Shown: positions 39,314 through 49,383, numbered from the stretch's first letter. The stretch is 64,000 nucleotides of DNA from an uncultured Planctomycetaceae bacterium (GCA_964583095.1 CAZOVB010000001.1:63940-127939); one strand, 5' to 3'. Translations and numbers: made by a program. Notes: generated by a model not told the origin, from the sequence alone.

Positions 39314-41710
39314 CTACTGCCCGTAGCAACGGATTTCGTAAACAGCGGCCGATGGATCGCCTCCCGTGGCATGTACCCACACGCGGAGGCGATCGGTCTT
39401 TACCGGGCTCTGGAGCCGATGCACCCGGCGCCGCTGATAATTGCCGGTAACGTCCAGGATTTCCCGCCAGGTGCCCTGATCGGCCGCTTCCAGGCTGTAG
39501 TGCGTCGCGACCTGGGCGTCGACATAGAAGGGTCCGTAGGCGTGATACTCCCGCAGCAAGTGACCCGGGAAGGTCAGCTCCACACGGGCGATGGTCTGCT
39601 CCTGTGGCCAGGAGAGTTCCACCCACTGGCCCAGCGGCTCGAGCGGATCACTCCGCCAGAGATTCACTGCCCGGCAGGGACGGGTTACGCCGGAGAGGAC
39701 ATTCTCCGGCCCATAGACCGACTGGGGAGGATCGACACGGAAGCTCAATGTTACACCGTTGCCGAAGCGTCGCATCTTGTCTCTACCGATCTGGTAGAAG
39801 CTCATGTGACCGGGGATGATCGCCTTTGAGGCCGGCCAGGAGATGTCGTCGTTTTTTTCCAGATCCACGCGCAGCCAGCGCCCTGCGGGAAGCTCCGGCC
39901 CCTCTGAGATCTTTACGGGCCAGTCGATCCACCCGGCCTTGCCGGCGGGTACCTCCAGCCTCGTTTGGGCCACGGGTTCAGACGGGCTCCTGCGGTAGTC
40001 CCAGATGTGGTCCACCTGCACGAGCTTTGCCTGGACCTGCTGGGGCGAATCGGACGCATTGGCCAGGAACAGAGAGATGTTGCGGATCCCCTCCGGACCA
40101 AGGGCGATCAATTGGCTGCGCGTTTGGTAAAGACGTTCCTGCTGGTACTGGGGCTGATCCGTCCAGATTCCCAGGCCTGCATGGGCCCCGCAGGTCTGGG
40201 GCCCGGCCCCGATCAAGCGGGCACTGCTGGAAGCCTTGACGGTCGCGGTCCTGGCGAGGTCCTCGGGGTCCTGATTTTTCTGGCTGGGCAGGAAGCAGCC
40301 CTGGCGCAGAAGGCTCTGCTGAATTCTCTCCAGGGGCCGGCCCTGCCAGAGGCGACTCAGGGGCAGGTCTTCGCCGGCGGCCAGGGCGGCCGCGGTCCCT
40401 GCCGCCTGTCCCATCAGCGCCGTGGTCCCCATGACCCGAAGCGATCCGAAGGCGGCATGGCTGGTGGAGATGTTGCGTCCGGCCAGCAGAAGGTTCTCCA
40501 CGTCCCGGCTGATCAGGGACCGCAACGGCAGGCCGTAGGGACCGCAATACGAGAGCACCGAGTAGTCGCTGAAGGTATTGTGGTTATCGTCGGCGCTGGT
40601 CGGTTCGGAGTGTTCTGCCAGCAGCCCCCCGGGCGTATGCAGATCGATAAACCAGCCGCCAAAGGCGATTTCGTCGGGGAAGACGGTCTTTTCCATCACC
40701 TCGTTTTCGTTGAAGAAGTGCAGGCCCATCACGCGTCGGCTGTCGCGTTTGCCCGGGACCTGTCCAATCCAGTCCAGGGCATAGTTTCGAGTCGCTTCCT
40801 TCATCCGCTCATCACGATTCTTCATCCAGTCCCAGACACCCAGGGCGTGGCGCGTCAGTTCATGGCGGATGGCCTCGTTGTCGTGGATCGTGTGATAGGG
40901 AATACCGATCTCCAGCCACCAGAATCCGCCGCGACGGTCCTTGGGGATCCGCCCCTGCTTGTAAAAGTATGAGGCATCTTCATAGTGCACCGCCCACTCG
41001 GGAGCAGCAAACGGGCAGGGACTGCCCATGTCCCGCGCGCGGAAGTGAAGACTGTTTCCAATAGTGTTTGTACTGGCCGATTCGGGTGCGTGAGGTTCGC
41101 CAAGCTCGTCGCGTCCTTCGCTGCCCATGCGCCACTCGCAGCCTGCCCGGTCGGCCACAAGTGCATCGCCGGTGCAGTCGATGAAGACCTTGGCCTCGAT
41201 AGTGCGCTGGACCTCGGCATTGAGCTCCCGGGCGACGACGGCGCGGATCCGCCCCGGACCTTCCAGCAATGAGGGACGATGATAGTAGCCCTTATGCGTA
41301 TGTGGACTGGGATCTCCCTGGTCAGGCTGGGCATAGTCCGGGTCCATAGTCACATCCACGACATCGGTATTCAGATGCAGGGTGAGGTCTTCTTCCCGGC
41401 AGGTGATGTCGTAAAGGACCATGTCCCAGACGCTGTTGGTCCAGCCGTTTTCGTAGATCTGAGCGTGGTTGCGGTATCGCTCCTCGATCAGTGCTTCGCT
41501 CAGCAGGCCCGTCTCCCGCGCGTAGGCGTGGAAGGCGGCTGCTCCGTGAGGCGTAACGCCGATCTCCGAGGAGCTGTTGCCCCCAAGCACCGGCCGGTTC
41601 TGGATCAGACAGGTGCGGCGGCCGGCTCGGGCGGCAGCGACGGCTGCGCAGAAGCCCGCCAGTCCTCCCCCGCAGACGACCACGTCAAATGTCTCTTCAA
41701 CTCGTTTCAT
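39314..41710 (-). CDS. FAD-dependent oxidoreductase (PF12831-like) with C-terminal discoidin (F5/8 type C)-like domain
   Basis: N-terminal FDVVVCGGGLAGFCAAVAAARAG dinucleotide fold. C-terminus ends ..AAVYEIRCYGQ, like discoidin-domain termini. 798 aa. Confidence 0.65.
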   Translation of the reverse strand: MKRVEETFDVVVCGGGLAGFCAAVAAARAGRRTCLIQNRPVLGGNSSSEIGVTPHGAAAFHAYARETGLLSEALIEERYRNHAQIYENGWTNSVWDMVLYDITCREEDLTLHLNTDVVDVTMDPDYAQPDQGDPSPHTHKGYYHRPSLLEGPGRIRAVVARELNAEVQRTIEAKVFIDCTGDALVADRAGCEWRMGSEGRDELGEPHAPESASTNTIGNSLHFRARDMGSPCPFAAPEWAVHYEDASYFYKQGRIPKDRRGGFWWLEIGIPYHTIHDNEAIRHELTRHALGVWDWMKNRDERMKEATRNYALDWIGQVPGKRDSRRVMGLHFFNENEVMEKTVFPDEIAFGGWFIDLHTPGGLLAEHSEPTSADDNHNTFSDYSVLSYCGPYGLPLRSLISRDVENLLLAGRNISTSHAAFGSLRVMGTTALMGQAAGTAAALAAGEDLPLSRLWQGRPLERIQQSLLRQGCFLPSQKNQDPEDLARTATVKASSSARLIGAGPQTCGAHAGLGIWTDQPQYQQERLYQTRSQLIALGPEGIRNISLFLANASDSPQQVQAKLVQVDHIWDYRRSPSEPVAQTRLEVPAGKAGWIDWPVKISEGPELPAGRWLRVDLEKNDDISWPASKAIIPGHMSFYQIGRDKMRRFGNGVTLSFRVDPPQSVYGPENVLSGVTRPCRAVNLWRSDPLEPLGQWVELSWPQEQTIARVELTFPGHLLREYHAYGPFYVDAQVATHYSLEAADQGTWREILDVTGNYQRRRVHRLQSPVKTDRLRVWVHATGGDPSAAVYEIRCYGQ

Positions 41711-41723
41711 CTCGGAGAGGCTC

Positions 41724-43208
41724 CTATTGCTCGATCCAGAATTCCCAGCTCAGGTCTTCCACGACAACCGCAAGGTCGCCCTGCTGCGTCGCCAATTGCA
41801 TCCCGCGGAAATCCTCGCCCGCCTGCTGCGGCGTGTATCGCATGCCGGTGAACCGGGCAGAGGGAAGATGGGTGGTTATATCGAACCGGTACGGCCGACC
41901 GCTGCGATTGCTCAATACGATCACGTGCTTGCCGTCGGGTTTTCGATAGCAGAAGACTCGCAGGTCCTCGTCGGGACAACTCTCCCGGACCTCCAGGGCT
42001 CTCGAGTCCCAGGGCATGTGGCGCAGGAACCCCGCCAGGGCGTGCCAGTTGCAGGGATTCCAGGTCCAGCAGCCCGGCTCGAGGCCGGCCAGTTCCCCGG
42101 GCAGCTCTGCTGCGTCGGGTTTGGCTTTGGCCGGCATCCAATAGCCCAGGCTGTATCCGCTCGCCTCTTCGTTGCCGACGGGCTTGAGCGCATGAATCCA
42201 GAACCAGGTGGGCGACTGGGCCAGCTGGAACCAGTTCATGATGTTCTGAACGGTATTGAGACAGCGGGCCGGCGTGGTGGGGCCTTTGAGATACTCGTAT
42301 TCATTCTGGAACATCTGTCGATCCAGACCGATTCGCTTGCGTCCCTCGGCCACCGTCTGCTCCACGGTGTTGGAATTGAAGCCGATGGTGTGCACGGTAA
42401 TCGCGTCGACAAGCGATCTGCACTCGGGCCAGGTCTTGAGCAGCTCTTCCAGGTAGGTCAGCTCGTCGTGGGCGCTGTCGGCAATCAGAAGAATCTCGGG
42501 ATCCAGTTGACGGATCTTCGGCGCAACGGCCGCGTACGTCCTGGCCCACTGCCCCGGGCTCTGGCGACAGGAGGAGTAGGCGGTGTTGGCCTGGGGTTCG
42601 TTGGCCAGGCCCCACATGGAGACACGGATTCCTGCCTGCTTGAGGGTCTTGACATCGGCCACGCAGGCCTGGGCGAAGTCTTCAAGAAAGCGATCGACAT
42701 CGCCGCAGTAATCGGGGTCGTTCTCGAAATCCGACTCGAAGCACCGAAGCACGTTCTGGGGGTCCTTCGGCTGATCCCATGGATTGCCGCAGAGGCGGCG
42801 GTTGGCCTTCCAGTACGGCGGGTGGGACCAGTATTCCAGGGACACCCCCTCTACACCGGCTCTGTCGAGCATGCGCGACAATTCTTCCAGTTGCTCCGGC
42901 CAGCGAGGGGCAAGCGTCTTGCCCTCTTCGTCCAGGCCTCGCCAGTAGAGACCGCCGGCCAGGCGGCAATAGCGGAAGCCTTTGAGCATTTCATCGCAGA
43001 AGCGTTCGAACTCCTCCTCTTTCAGATCATGCGGCACGGAGGTCTTTTCCTCAGGCAGGCCGGAGTTGCCCGAGGCAATCGAATCGGACTGGATCTCAAA
43101 ACCCAGTCCCCAGATCCGTTGCCGGGGTCTGTGGGGCAAGAGTTCGTACTGCCCTGCCGCAGGGGGCGGGGTCTGTCTGGCGGGTCTTTCGGGTGGGTAA
43201 ACTTTCAC
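41724..43208 (-). CDS. Clan GH-A glycoside hydrolase, GH30-like
   Basis: WGLANEPQ acid/base motif. IWGLGFEI N-terminal motif. 494 aa. 14 nt upstream of the FAD oxidoreductase gene on the same strand. Confidence 0.55.
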   Translation of the reverse strand: MKVYPPERPARQTPPPAAGQYELLPHRPRQRIWGLGFEIQSDSIASGNSGLPEEKTSVPHDLKEEEFERFCDEMLKGFRYCRLAGGLYWRGLDEEGKTLAPRWPEQLEELSRMLDRAGVEGVSLEYWSHPPYWKANRRLCGNPWDQPKDPQNVLRCFESDFENDPDYCGDVDRFLEDFAQACVADVKTLKQAGIRVSMWGLANEPQANTAYSSCRQSPGQWARTYAAVAPKIRQLDPEILLIADSAHDELTYLEELLKTWPECRSLVDAITVHTIGFNSNTVEQTVAEGRKRIGLDRQMFQNEYEYLKGPTTPARCLNTVQNIMNWFQLAQSPTWFWIHALKPVGNEEASGYSLGYWMPAKAKPDAAELPGELAGLEPGCWTWNPCNWHALAGFLRHMPWDSRALEVRESCPDEDLRVFCYRKPDGKHVIVLSNRSGRPYRFDITTHLPSARFTGMRYTPQQAGEDFRGMQLATQQGDLAVVVEDLSWEFWIEQ

Positions 43209-43312
43209 GGCGTTGCCTCCAATCCAGGGGCCGGTTTTCGCATTCGCATATCATATGGCTCGTGGAGAGGGGCGTCTTGCGTTTCTGCAAAAGATACTTT
43301 AGTCTATACGCA

Positions 43313-44455
43313 ATGGCGGAGTCCAAGACCATCTTGATCATCACGCAGGCCGACGATGGTTTCAGTCGCGAGATCATCCGAGGGGTCGCCCGCTATGCTC
43401 GTTCGCAGTCGGACTGGAAGCTTCTGCTTAGGCCTCAGATGCCCCCTGCTTCAGACTGTCGCGGGATGGACGGGATACTGAGCATTCTCTCCGAGCCCGG
43501 CCACGTTCAGCAGGCCCGGGAAGCGGGGATTCCCCTTGTCAGCGTGTCGGGGCTGTTGAGCAATGTCCGCGCCTGGCAGGTTCTGGGGGATGATCGTGCG
43601 GTGGCCAGGATGGCAGCTGGGCATTTTCTGAGCCGGGGCTTCGAGCAGTTCGCCTTCGTTGGCGAGACACGAATCGATCCCTGCAGAACGCGCTACGAGG
43701 AATTTGCCCGGGCCGTACAACACCCCTGCCGGTTGTGTGACTTGTCACACCTGGATTTCCCCGGAAACCAGGCCGTCGATTTCATCGCCCAGTGGCTTGT
43801 CGGGCAACCGCTGCCCCTGGCCGTCATGGCCTTCAACGATCCCGTCGGCCGCTGGGTGACCGAAGCCTGCAGTCTTCGCGGACTCCACGTGCCCTCCGAC
43901 GTAGCACTGCTGGGTGTGGACAACGACGAAGTGGTCTGCGAGCTCTCCAGCCCGACCCTTTCGAGCATCTATCCCAATACGCGTCTTCGGGGACGCCTGG
44001 CCGCTGAGCTTCTGGCAAAGCTGATGGAGGGTCAGCCCGTCGGGCAAAAGCCTCTGCTTGTCCCGCCGGGGCGCATCTTTCATCGCCAGAGCAGCGATAC
44101 GCTGGCGTTTGGGGACCAGGATGTTCGAATTGCCCTGCGGTTTATCCGGTGCCGTGCAACCGATCCGATCGATGTCGAGGACGTCATGGAACAGGTCTCC
44201 TGCTCACGGAGAACCCTGGAAACACGCTTCTCGCGCCTTCTAGGCCGTTCGCTGCACGAGCAGATCTGGAACCAGCGCATCAGCCGGGCCAGTCAGTGGC
44301 TGCTCGAAAGCGACATGACCATCACGCAGATCGCGCTTCGGTGCGGATCGGCCAGTCCCTCGGCCTTTACTCAATCCTTCCGTCGATACGTGGGGATGCC
44401 CCCCAGCCAGTACCGCCGCAACGGCGGTCGCCAGTGGCCTCCCATGCCGGACTGA
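43313..44455 (+). CDS. XylR-type regulator (periplasmic-binding-protein-like sugar domain + AraC HTH)
   Basis: N-terminal PBP-like domain (ILIITQADDGFSREIIRGVARYA). C-terminal AraC HTH (ITQIALRCGSASPSAFTQSFRRYVGMPPSQYRR). Divergent from the GH30-like operon. Start taken at the internal Met (MAESK) of the 43193 ORF. Confidence 0.75.
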   Translation: MAESKTILIITQADDGFSREIIRGVARYARSQSDWKLLLRPQMPPASDCRGMDGILSILSEPGHVQQAREAGIPLVSVSGLLSNVRAWQVLGDDRAVARMAAGHFLSRGFEQFAFVGETRIDPCRTRYEEFARAVQHPCRLCDLSHLDFPGNQAVDFIAQWLVGQPLPLAVMAFNDPVGRWVTEACSLRGLHVPSDVALLGVDNDEVVCELSSPTLSSIYPNTRLRGRLAAELLAKLMEGQPVGQKPLLVPPGRIFHRQSSDTLAFGDQDVRIALRFIRCRATDPIDVEDVMEQVSCSRRTLETRFSRLLGRSLHEQIWNQRISRASQWLLESDMTITQIALRCGSASPSAFTQSFRRYVGMPPSQYRRNGGRQWPPMPD

Positions 44456-44476
44456 CCCGCCCGGGCCGGCTCCTGC

Positions 44477-44935
44477 TCAGCGTGTTTCGCAGACCAGGTC
44501 GATCTCGACCGGGGAGTTCTTGGGAAGGGATGCCACACTCAGGGCACAGCGAGCGTGCATGCCCTGGTCCCCGAAGAGCCGGCCCAGAAGTTCGCTGGCG
44601 CCGTTGGCTACTTCGGCCTGGTCGTGAAAGCCCTCCTGCGAGGCCACGAACACCTTCATGCGGACCATCCGGTGCAGATTCTCGATTCCCCCGGCCACCT
44701 CGGCCGCAGCGGCCAGGGCGTTTAGCACCGCCTGCCTCGCCGCCTCTCGGGCTTCATCCAGGCTGACCTGCCCGGGCACCTTGCCCTCGGCGATCAACTG
44801 GCCATCTCTGACCGGTAAATGCCCGGCCGTGAAGATCAGATGCCCGCTGCGAATCGCAGGCACGTAAGCTCCTACCGGACTGGGGACCGGCGGAAGCCGC
44901 AAGCCCATCTGTTCGAGTTTCTGCGCTATGCTCAT
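44477..44935 (-). CDS. ridA: RidA/YjgF family (reactive intermediate deaminase) protein
   Basis: 152 aa. PVGAYVPAIRSGHLIFTAG..ARCALSVASLP motifs. Confidence 0.85.
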   Translation of the reverse strand: MSIAQKLEQMGLRLPPVPSPVGAYVPAIRSGHLIFTAGHLPVRDGQLIAEGKVPGQVSLDEAREAARQAVLNALAAAAEVAGGIENLHRMVRMKVFVASQEGFHDQAEVANGASELLGRLFGDQGMHARCALSVASLPKNSPVEIDLVCETR

Positions 44936-45015
44936 AATGACTCCGGAGGAAGGAAAAGTTCACATCATTCTACCGGCCCTGCTCCTCAGGCGCAAGCAGG
45001 AAGAATCTGCCGCCC

Positions 45016-47346
45016 TCAGAGCGTCAAATTCAGATACAGCTTGGGCAGCACGCGAGGCAACTCGTGCAGGTCGTGGAGGATCACGAATCGCCGTCGCGGG
45101 AACATGATCTCCATGTCGGCTTCGGAGTTCTCGCGCGTGCTGATCGCGAAGGTATGCACATCCATGCGGGCGTTTTCCTCGCAGGCCATTCGCACGTCGT
45201 GCTGGGCATACCGGGTGTTGGGGTCATAGCCCTGGTCCATCGGCTTGCCGTCGGTGACCAGCAGGATGAGTTTCTGGCGATTGGGTTCACGACTCAGCAG
45301 GTACCCGGAGTGGCGAAGGGCCGGCCCGATCCGCGTGGAGTTTCGAGGCCAGGCCGCGAAGATCTTCTCCCGCGTCTCCTTCGACCAGTCGTCCTGGAAC
45401 CGTTTGAAGACAAAATACTCGCACTGCTCGGGCCCGTTGGAGGAAAACCCGTTGACCGAGAAGCGGTCGTCCAGGGCGCTGAGCCCTTCGCCCAACGTCA
45501 CCGCTGCACGTTTCTCCAGGTCCAGTACCTTCTCCCGTCCCTGCATTTCTTCGCCGGTGGAACCGGAAAGATCCATCAGGATCAGCACGGCCAGATCCCG
45601 CCGCTGGACGAGGGGCTTTTCGTAGAAACGGACCTTCGGGGCCGGTTCGTGCCGCCTTTGCACGCGATGCTCGACCAGCAGGTCCAGGTTGATCTGCTCT
45701 CCGTCGGGCAGATACTTCTCCTTCCGGACGATCTCGGGTTTGAGTCTTTGGAACACGGCCCGGACCTTCTCGGCCTCCTCTCTCCAGTTCCCGGGGCCGC
45801 TGTCGGAGGTTGCGGGTTGAATCGGCAGTTCGTGAACTTTGCACCAGTCGGGGCGATACTCGTTCTGCTGGAAGTCCCACTCGTCGTAGATATAGGCTGC
45901 GACGATCTGCCCCTCGGCCTGCTCATCTTCCTGCTCTCCCTGCCCGTCGGCGACCTGGGTATCGGCCTGCTGGGCGTCGGCGTCCTCTTCCTGTGAGCCG
46001 GTCTGGGCCTGATCTGCCTGCTGTTTCATATCCGCCACGAGGGCTTCGCTGGGCGGGACCGACAGGTGAATCGGAAACTGGAGGTCCGGAACAAACGAGA
46101 GAGGTCGAATCGTCGAGACCTCGATCTGCGGATAGTGTTTCTTGACAGCGACGGTCCAGGGCTCATCGAGTTTCGAGGCCGTGTCGAAGCAGTTCACACT
46201 TCGGCTCGCTACGTCCAGGATCCGGTCTACCGCCTGGTTCTCCGTACCGGTGCAGGCATCGCGCAGGAGCTTTTCGGCATCCGACCGAGGTGGCCCCAGG
46301 CGAAACTCGGTCCTCAGGGCGAAATCCACCAGCGACCGTGCACCGGGCCAGCGATGGCGAATCGCCTCGAGGATTCGGACGATCTCTACGATGAGGAAGA
46401 GATTCAGCCGCAGCGGCGTCTCGCCGGCCAGATCCGACGCGCGGGAATAGTCGGCATGGCCGTGCACACGCGGAAAGCCGTTGTCAATGACCATCGCCGC
46501 AGCCACCAGGCCACACAGCAGGTACCACTTACGGTTCGCGGTGGCATTGTCAAAGGCACGCAGTCGGGCCGGCAGGTACAACTGGTCGGTCGTCTGGATC
46601 ACCTGGGCGCCGCGCTCGATGATATCGTCGCTGTCGAGTCCTCCCAGGTCGTGGACGTGGATGGCGGTCTCCGCCAGGGCCTGTACCAGGGCGGTAATCG
46701 CCTCATCGACATCACAGAGCCTGCATTCCTGCGTGAGGGTCAGGATATACGTCTCGCAACTGCTCAGCTCGCATCGCAGGAAAGCCAGACCCGATTCCCG
46801 CTTTCGCCCGAACATCTCCAGCCCCGTCTGGATGTATCTCGCCAGTTGCGTCTCGTTCAGGCGGGAAACCAGGTACCCGTAGCCCTTGAGCAGGGCCATG
46901 GCCGCTTCGTCATCACTCCGGCGGAGCCTGCGAAGCCAGGTCATGGCGTTTCGCATCTGGCGCGGTGTCCGGCCCATGCGCCCCTCGGCAAAGGCCCGGA
47001 AGAAGCTGATCCCGAAGCTCAGTCGATTCTCGGCCAGGCTTGCGCCCAGTTCCACCAGATCGGCGAACATGCCGGGGGTCTCGAGGATCCAGCGGTTGTC
47101 CGGGCGCAGGGAGCCCAGAAACTCGTGTAGGACGTGGTCGAAACAGCTCTGGTCGGCCTGGTTGAGCAGTTCGAAAAAACGCCGGGTTACTTCCTGGTTG
47201 GCCTGGCCCAGGTGACCGGAATCGATCAGCTGCCCGATCGTGCGGGCAAAGACGTCCCGGTATCCCCAGGTGACGCTCTTGAGGTCGAATCCATGGGCCC
47301 GGCCCAACCGGCCGGCATCGGTACTACTGGGCGACAGCCGGCTCAT
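45016..47346 (-). CDS. CbbO/NorD-like protein with C-terminal von Willebrand factor A domain
   Basis: 776 aa. C-terminal VWA (LILMDLSGSTG..LLVTDGKPMD). Long alpha-helical N-terminal region. Acidic low-complexity insert (QQADQAQTGSQEEDADAQQADTQVADGQGEQEDEQAEGQ). Overlaps the AAA+ gene by 23 nt. Confidence 0.65.
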   Translation of the reverse strand: MSRLSPSSTDAGRLGRAHGFDLKSVTWGYRDVFARTIGQLIDSGHLGQANQEVTRRFFELLNQADQSCFDHVLHEFLGSLRPDNRWILETPGMFADLVELGASLAENRLSFGISFFRAFAEGRMGRTPRQMRNAMTWLRRLRRSDDEAAMALLKGYGYLVSRLNETQLARYIQTGLEMFGRKRESGLAFLRCELSSCETYILTLTQECRLCDVDEAITALVQALAETAIHVHDLGGLDSDDIIERGAQVIQTTDQLYLPARLRAFDNATANRKWYLLCGLVAAAMVIDNGFPRVHGHADYSRASDLAGETPLRLNLFLIVEIVRILEAIRHRWPGARSLVDFALRTEFRLGPPRSDAEKLLRDACTGTENQAVDRILDVASRSVNCFDTASKLDEPWTVAVKKHYPQIEVSTIRPLSFVPDLQFPIHLSVPPSEALVADMKQQADQAQTGSQEEDADAQQADTQVADGQGEQEDEQAEGQIVAAYIYDEWDFQQNEYRPDWCKVHELPIQPATSDSGPGNWREEAEKVRAVFQRLKPEIVRKEKYLPDGEQINLDLLVEHRVQRRHEPAPKVRFYEKPLVQRRDLAVLILMDLSGSTGEEMQGREKVLDLEKRAAVTLGEGLSALDDRFSVNGFSSNGPEQCEYFVFKRFQDDWSKETREKIFAAWPRNSTRIGPALRHSGYLLSREPNRQKLILLVTDGKPMDQGYDPNTRYAQHDVRMACEENARMDVHTFAISTRENSEADMEIMFPRRRFVILHDLHELPRVLPKLYLNLTL

Positions 47347-48253
47347 GTTCGCCTTCCATCAAGTCCCCGAAGTAGAGCTGCACAACGTTTTCGATTGCTT
47401 CGAGGACCTCCTGGTCTTCGGTGAGGGTCTGGCTGATGGCATGGCGCGAAGCCTGGACCGCGGTCATCCCGCCCTGCATCAGTCGACCGACGTAGACCAG
47501 CAGACGACTGGAGACGCCCTCGTCCAGGCCGAAGCCCTTCAAAGCCCTGATTTTTGCGCCCATCTCGGCCAGCTTGCGACTGGGCTCTGTTTCCAGGCCG
47601 GACTCTGTAGCGATGATTCTCGTCTCGACTTCCACATCTGGATGGTCGAAGTTCATGCTCGCGAATCGTTGGCGGGTCGATTGTTTCAGATCCTTCACGA
47701 TGCTCTGGTAGCCGGGGTTGTAGCTCAGGACCATCATGAAGTCCTTGTGGGCGTGGACCACTTCACCGGTTTTGTCGATGTAGAGAATCCGCCGATCGTC
47801 GGTCAGCGAGTGAATGATTACGGTCGTGTCCTTACGGGCCTCGACGATCTCATCCAGGTAGCAGATCCCTCCATGTCGCACCGCAAGGGCCAGCGGACCG
47901 TCCTGCCAGACGGTCTGGTCGTCTTTGAGCAGGAACCTCCCGACCAGGTCTGCTGCGGTAAGATCCTCGTGGCAACTGACGGTGATCAGGGGCAGTTCCA
48001 ACTTCCAGGCCATGTGCTCGATGAACCGCGTCTTGCCACAGCCTGTGGGGCCTTTGATGATCAACGGGATGTGCGCTTTGAAGGCGGCCTGAAAGAGCGT
48101 CTCTTCGTCGGCCTGAGGCACGTAATTGGGTTTTTCGTTGATTCGGAACTGCTGGATCTCGGCGGTAGAATTCACGACGACTCGGGCCTTTCCCAACGGA
48201 GGTAATCGGGATGGTATGGTATAGGTCGCTTCTCCAATGAAGCGCAAAAGCAT
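47324..48253 (-). CDS. CbbQ/NirQ/NorQ/GvpN-type AAA+ ATPase (MoxR class)
   Basis: PLIIKGPTGCGKTRFIEHMAWKLELPLITVSCHEDLTAADLVGRFLL closely matches the CbbQ/NorQ N-terminus and Walker A. CYLDEIVEARKD Walker B. 309 aa. Confidence 0.8.
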   Translation of the reverse strand: MLLRFIGEATYTIPSRLPPLGKARVVVNSTAEIQQFRINEKPNYVPQADEETLFQAAFKAHIPLIIKGPTGCGKTRFIEHMAWKLELPLITVSCHEDLTAADLVGRFLLKDDQTVWQDGPLALAVRHGGICYLDEIVEARKDTTVIIHSLTDDRRILYIDKTGEVVHAHKDFMMVLSYNPGYQSIVKDLKQSTRQRFASMNFDHPDVEVETRIIATESGLETEPSRKLAEMGAKIRALKGFGLDEGVSSRLLVYVGRLMQGGMTAVQASRHAISQTLTEDQEVLEAIENVVQLYFGDLMEGEHEPAVAQ

Positions 48254-48333
48254 TATAGATCATACCAGATTACCCGTGACAAGGCGATGGCGGTTTAGAA
48301 GAAAGCTTTTCCTCCTGAAGCCGAGAAGATGCA

Positions 48334-49299
48334 ATGACTCCAAGAGAAAGATTCATCACCGCCCTGGAGTGCCGGAAGCCGGATTATGTCCCCCACTTCG
48401 AACTGGTTTTCTACCTCACCATGGAAGCCCTGGGGAAGGTCCATCCTCAACACCGGGCTTTGAACCAGTGGCAGCAGATGTCAAAACACGAACTGGATCT
48501 GCAATTCCAGGACATGGGACGAACGTACGTCGACTCCGCCCGCAAATACGAGCATGACGCGATACATATCGTGCCCCCCTGGATGCCCGGCCTGGACCCG
48601 GTCGAGAAATTCCTGCGGATCTTCGAGGCCATTCGCGATCTTTCGGGGTACGAATTCTTCCTGGGCTGCCACGCCGATGCCACCTACGCCCTGCCCAGCG
48701 GGGAGAAGATGATGGCCTTCGTGGAACGACTGGCCGATGCGCCCGAGGAAATGAAGGACCTGGCCCAGCAGCGCGTCGACCGCGCCCTGGAAGATGCCCG
48801 ACGATACCAGCAGGCCGGGCTGAACGACGGATTCTTCCTCTGCGCCGATTATTGTTTCAACAACGGGCCGTTCCTCTCCCCGGCGATGTTCGCCGAGTTC
48901 GTCACCCCCTACCTGAAGCAGCTCATTGCCGGCTATCGCGAGATGGGCTTCTTCGTCATCAAGCATACCGACGGCAATATCATGCCGATTCTCGATCAGC
49001 TCGCCCAGTGCAGGCCCCACGGCCTGCACAGCCTCGATCCGCAGGGGGGCGTGGATATCGCCGAGGTCAAGAAGCGAATCGGCCGGAAGATCTGCCTGCT
49101 GGGCAATGTCAACTGCGGAATGCTCCAGACCGGCAGTGATGAAGAGGTGATCGAGTCAGCCCGCTACGCCCTGGAACATGGCAAGAGCGATGGTGGATAT
49201 GTCTTCTGCACCAGCAACTGCATTTACACCGGGATGGCCTTGGAGAGATACGAACTGATCCTCGACATCTGGCGGAAACATCGCAATTACGACAGCTGA
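48334..49299 (+). CDS. Uroporphyrinogen decarboxylase (URO-D) family protein, paralog 1
   Basis: URO-D/MtaA-like TIM-barrel pattern (RPDYVPHFEL..., FFLCADYCFNNGPFLSP, HTDGNIMPILD, LLGNVNC). 321 aa. Confidence 0.7.
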   Translation: MTPRERFITALECRKPDYVPHFELVFYLTMEALGKVHPQHRALNQWQQMSKHELDLQFQDMGRTYVDSARKYEHDAIHIVPPWMPGLDPVEKFLRIFEAIRDLSGYEFFLGCHADATYALPSGEKMMAFVERLADAPEEMKDLAQQRVDRALEDARRYQQAGLNDGFFLCADYCFNNGPFLSPAMFAEFVTPYLKQLIAGYREMGFFVIKHTDGNIMPILDQLAQCRPHGLHSLDPQGGVDIAEVKKRIGRKICLLGNVNCGMLQTGSDEEVIESARYALEHGKSDGGYVFCTSNCIYTGMALERYELILDIWRKHRNYDS

Positions 49300-49383
49300 C
49301 ACCCACAGGCGCCCATAAGGTATTTGACTCCGTAGCCGCGGCATGGAATAATCCCGTGGACGACCCCAAGCCTGGAGAAGACA

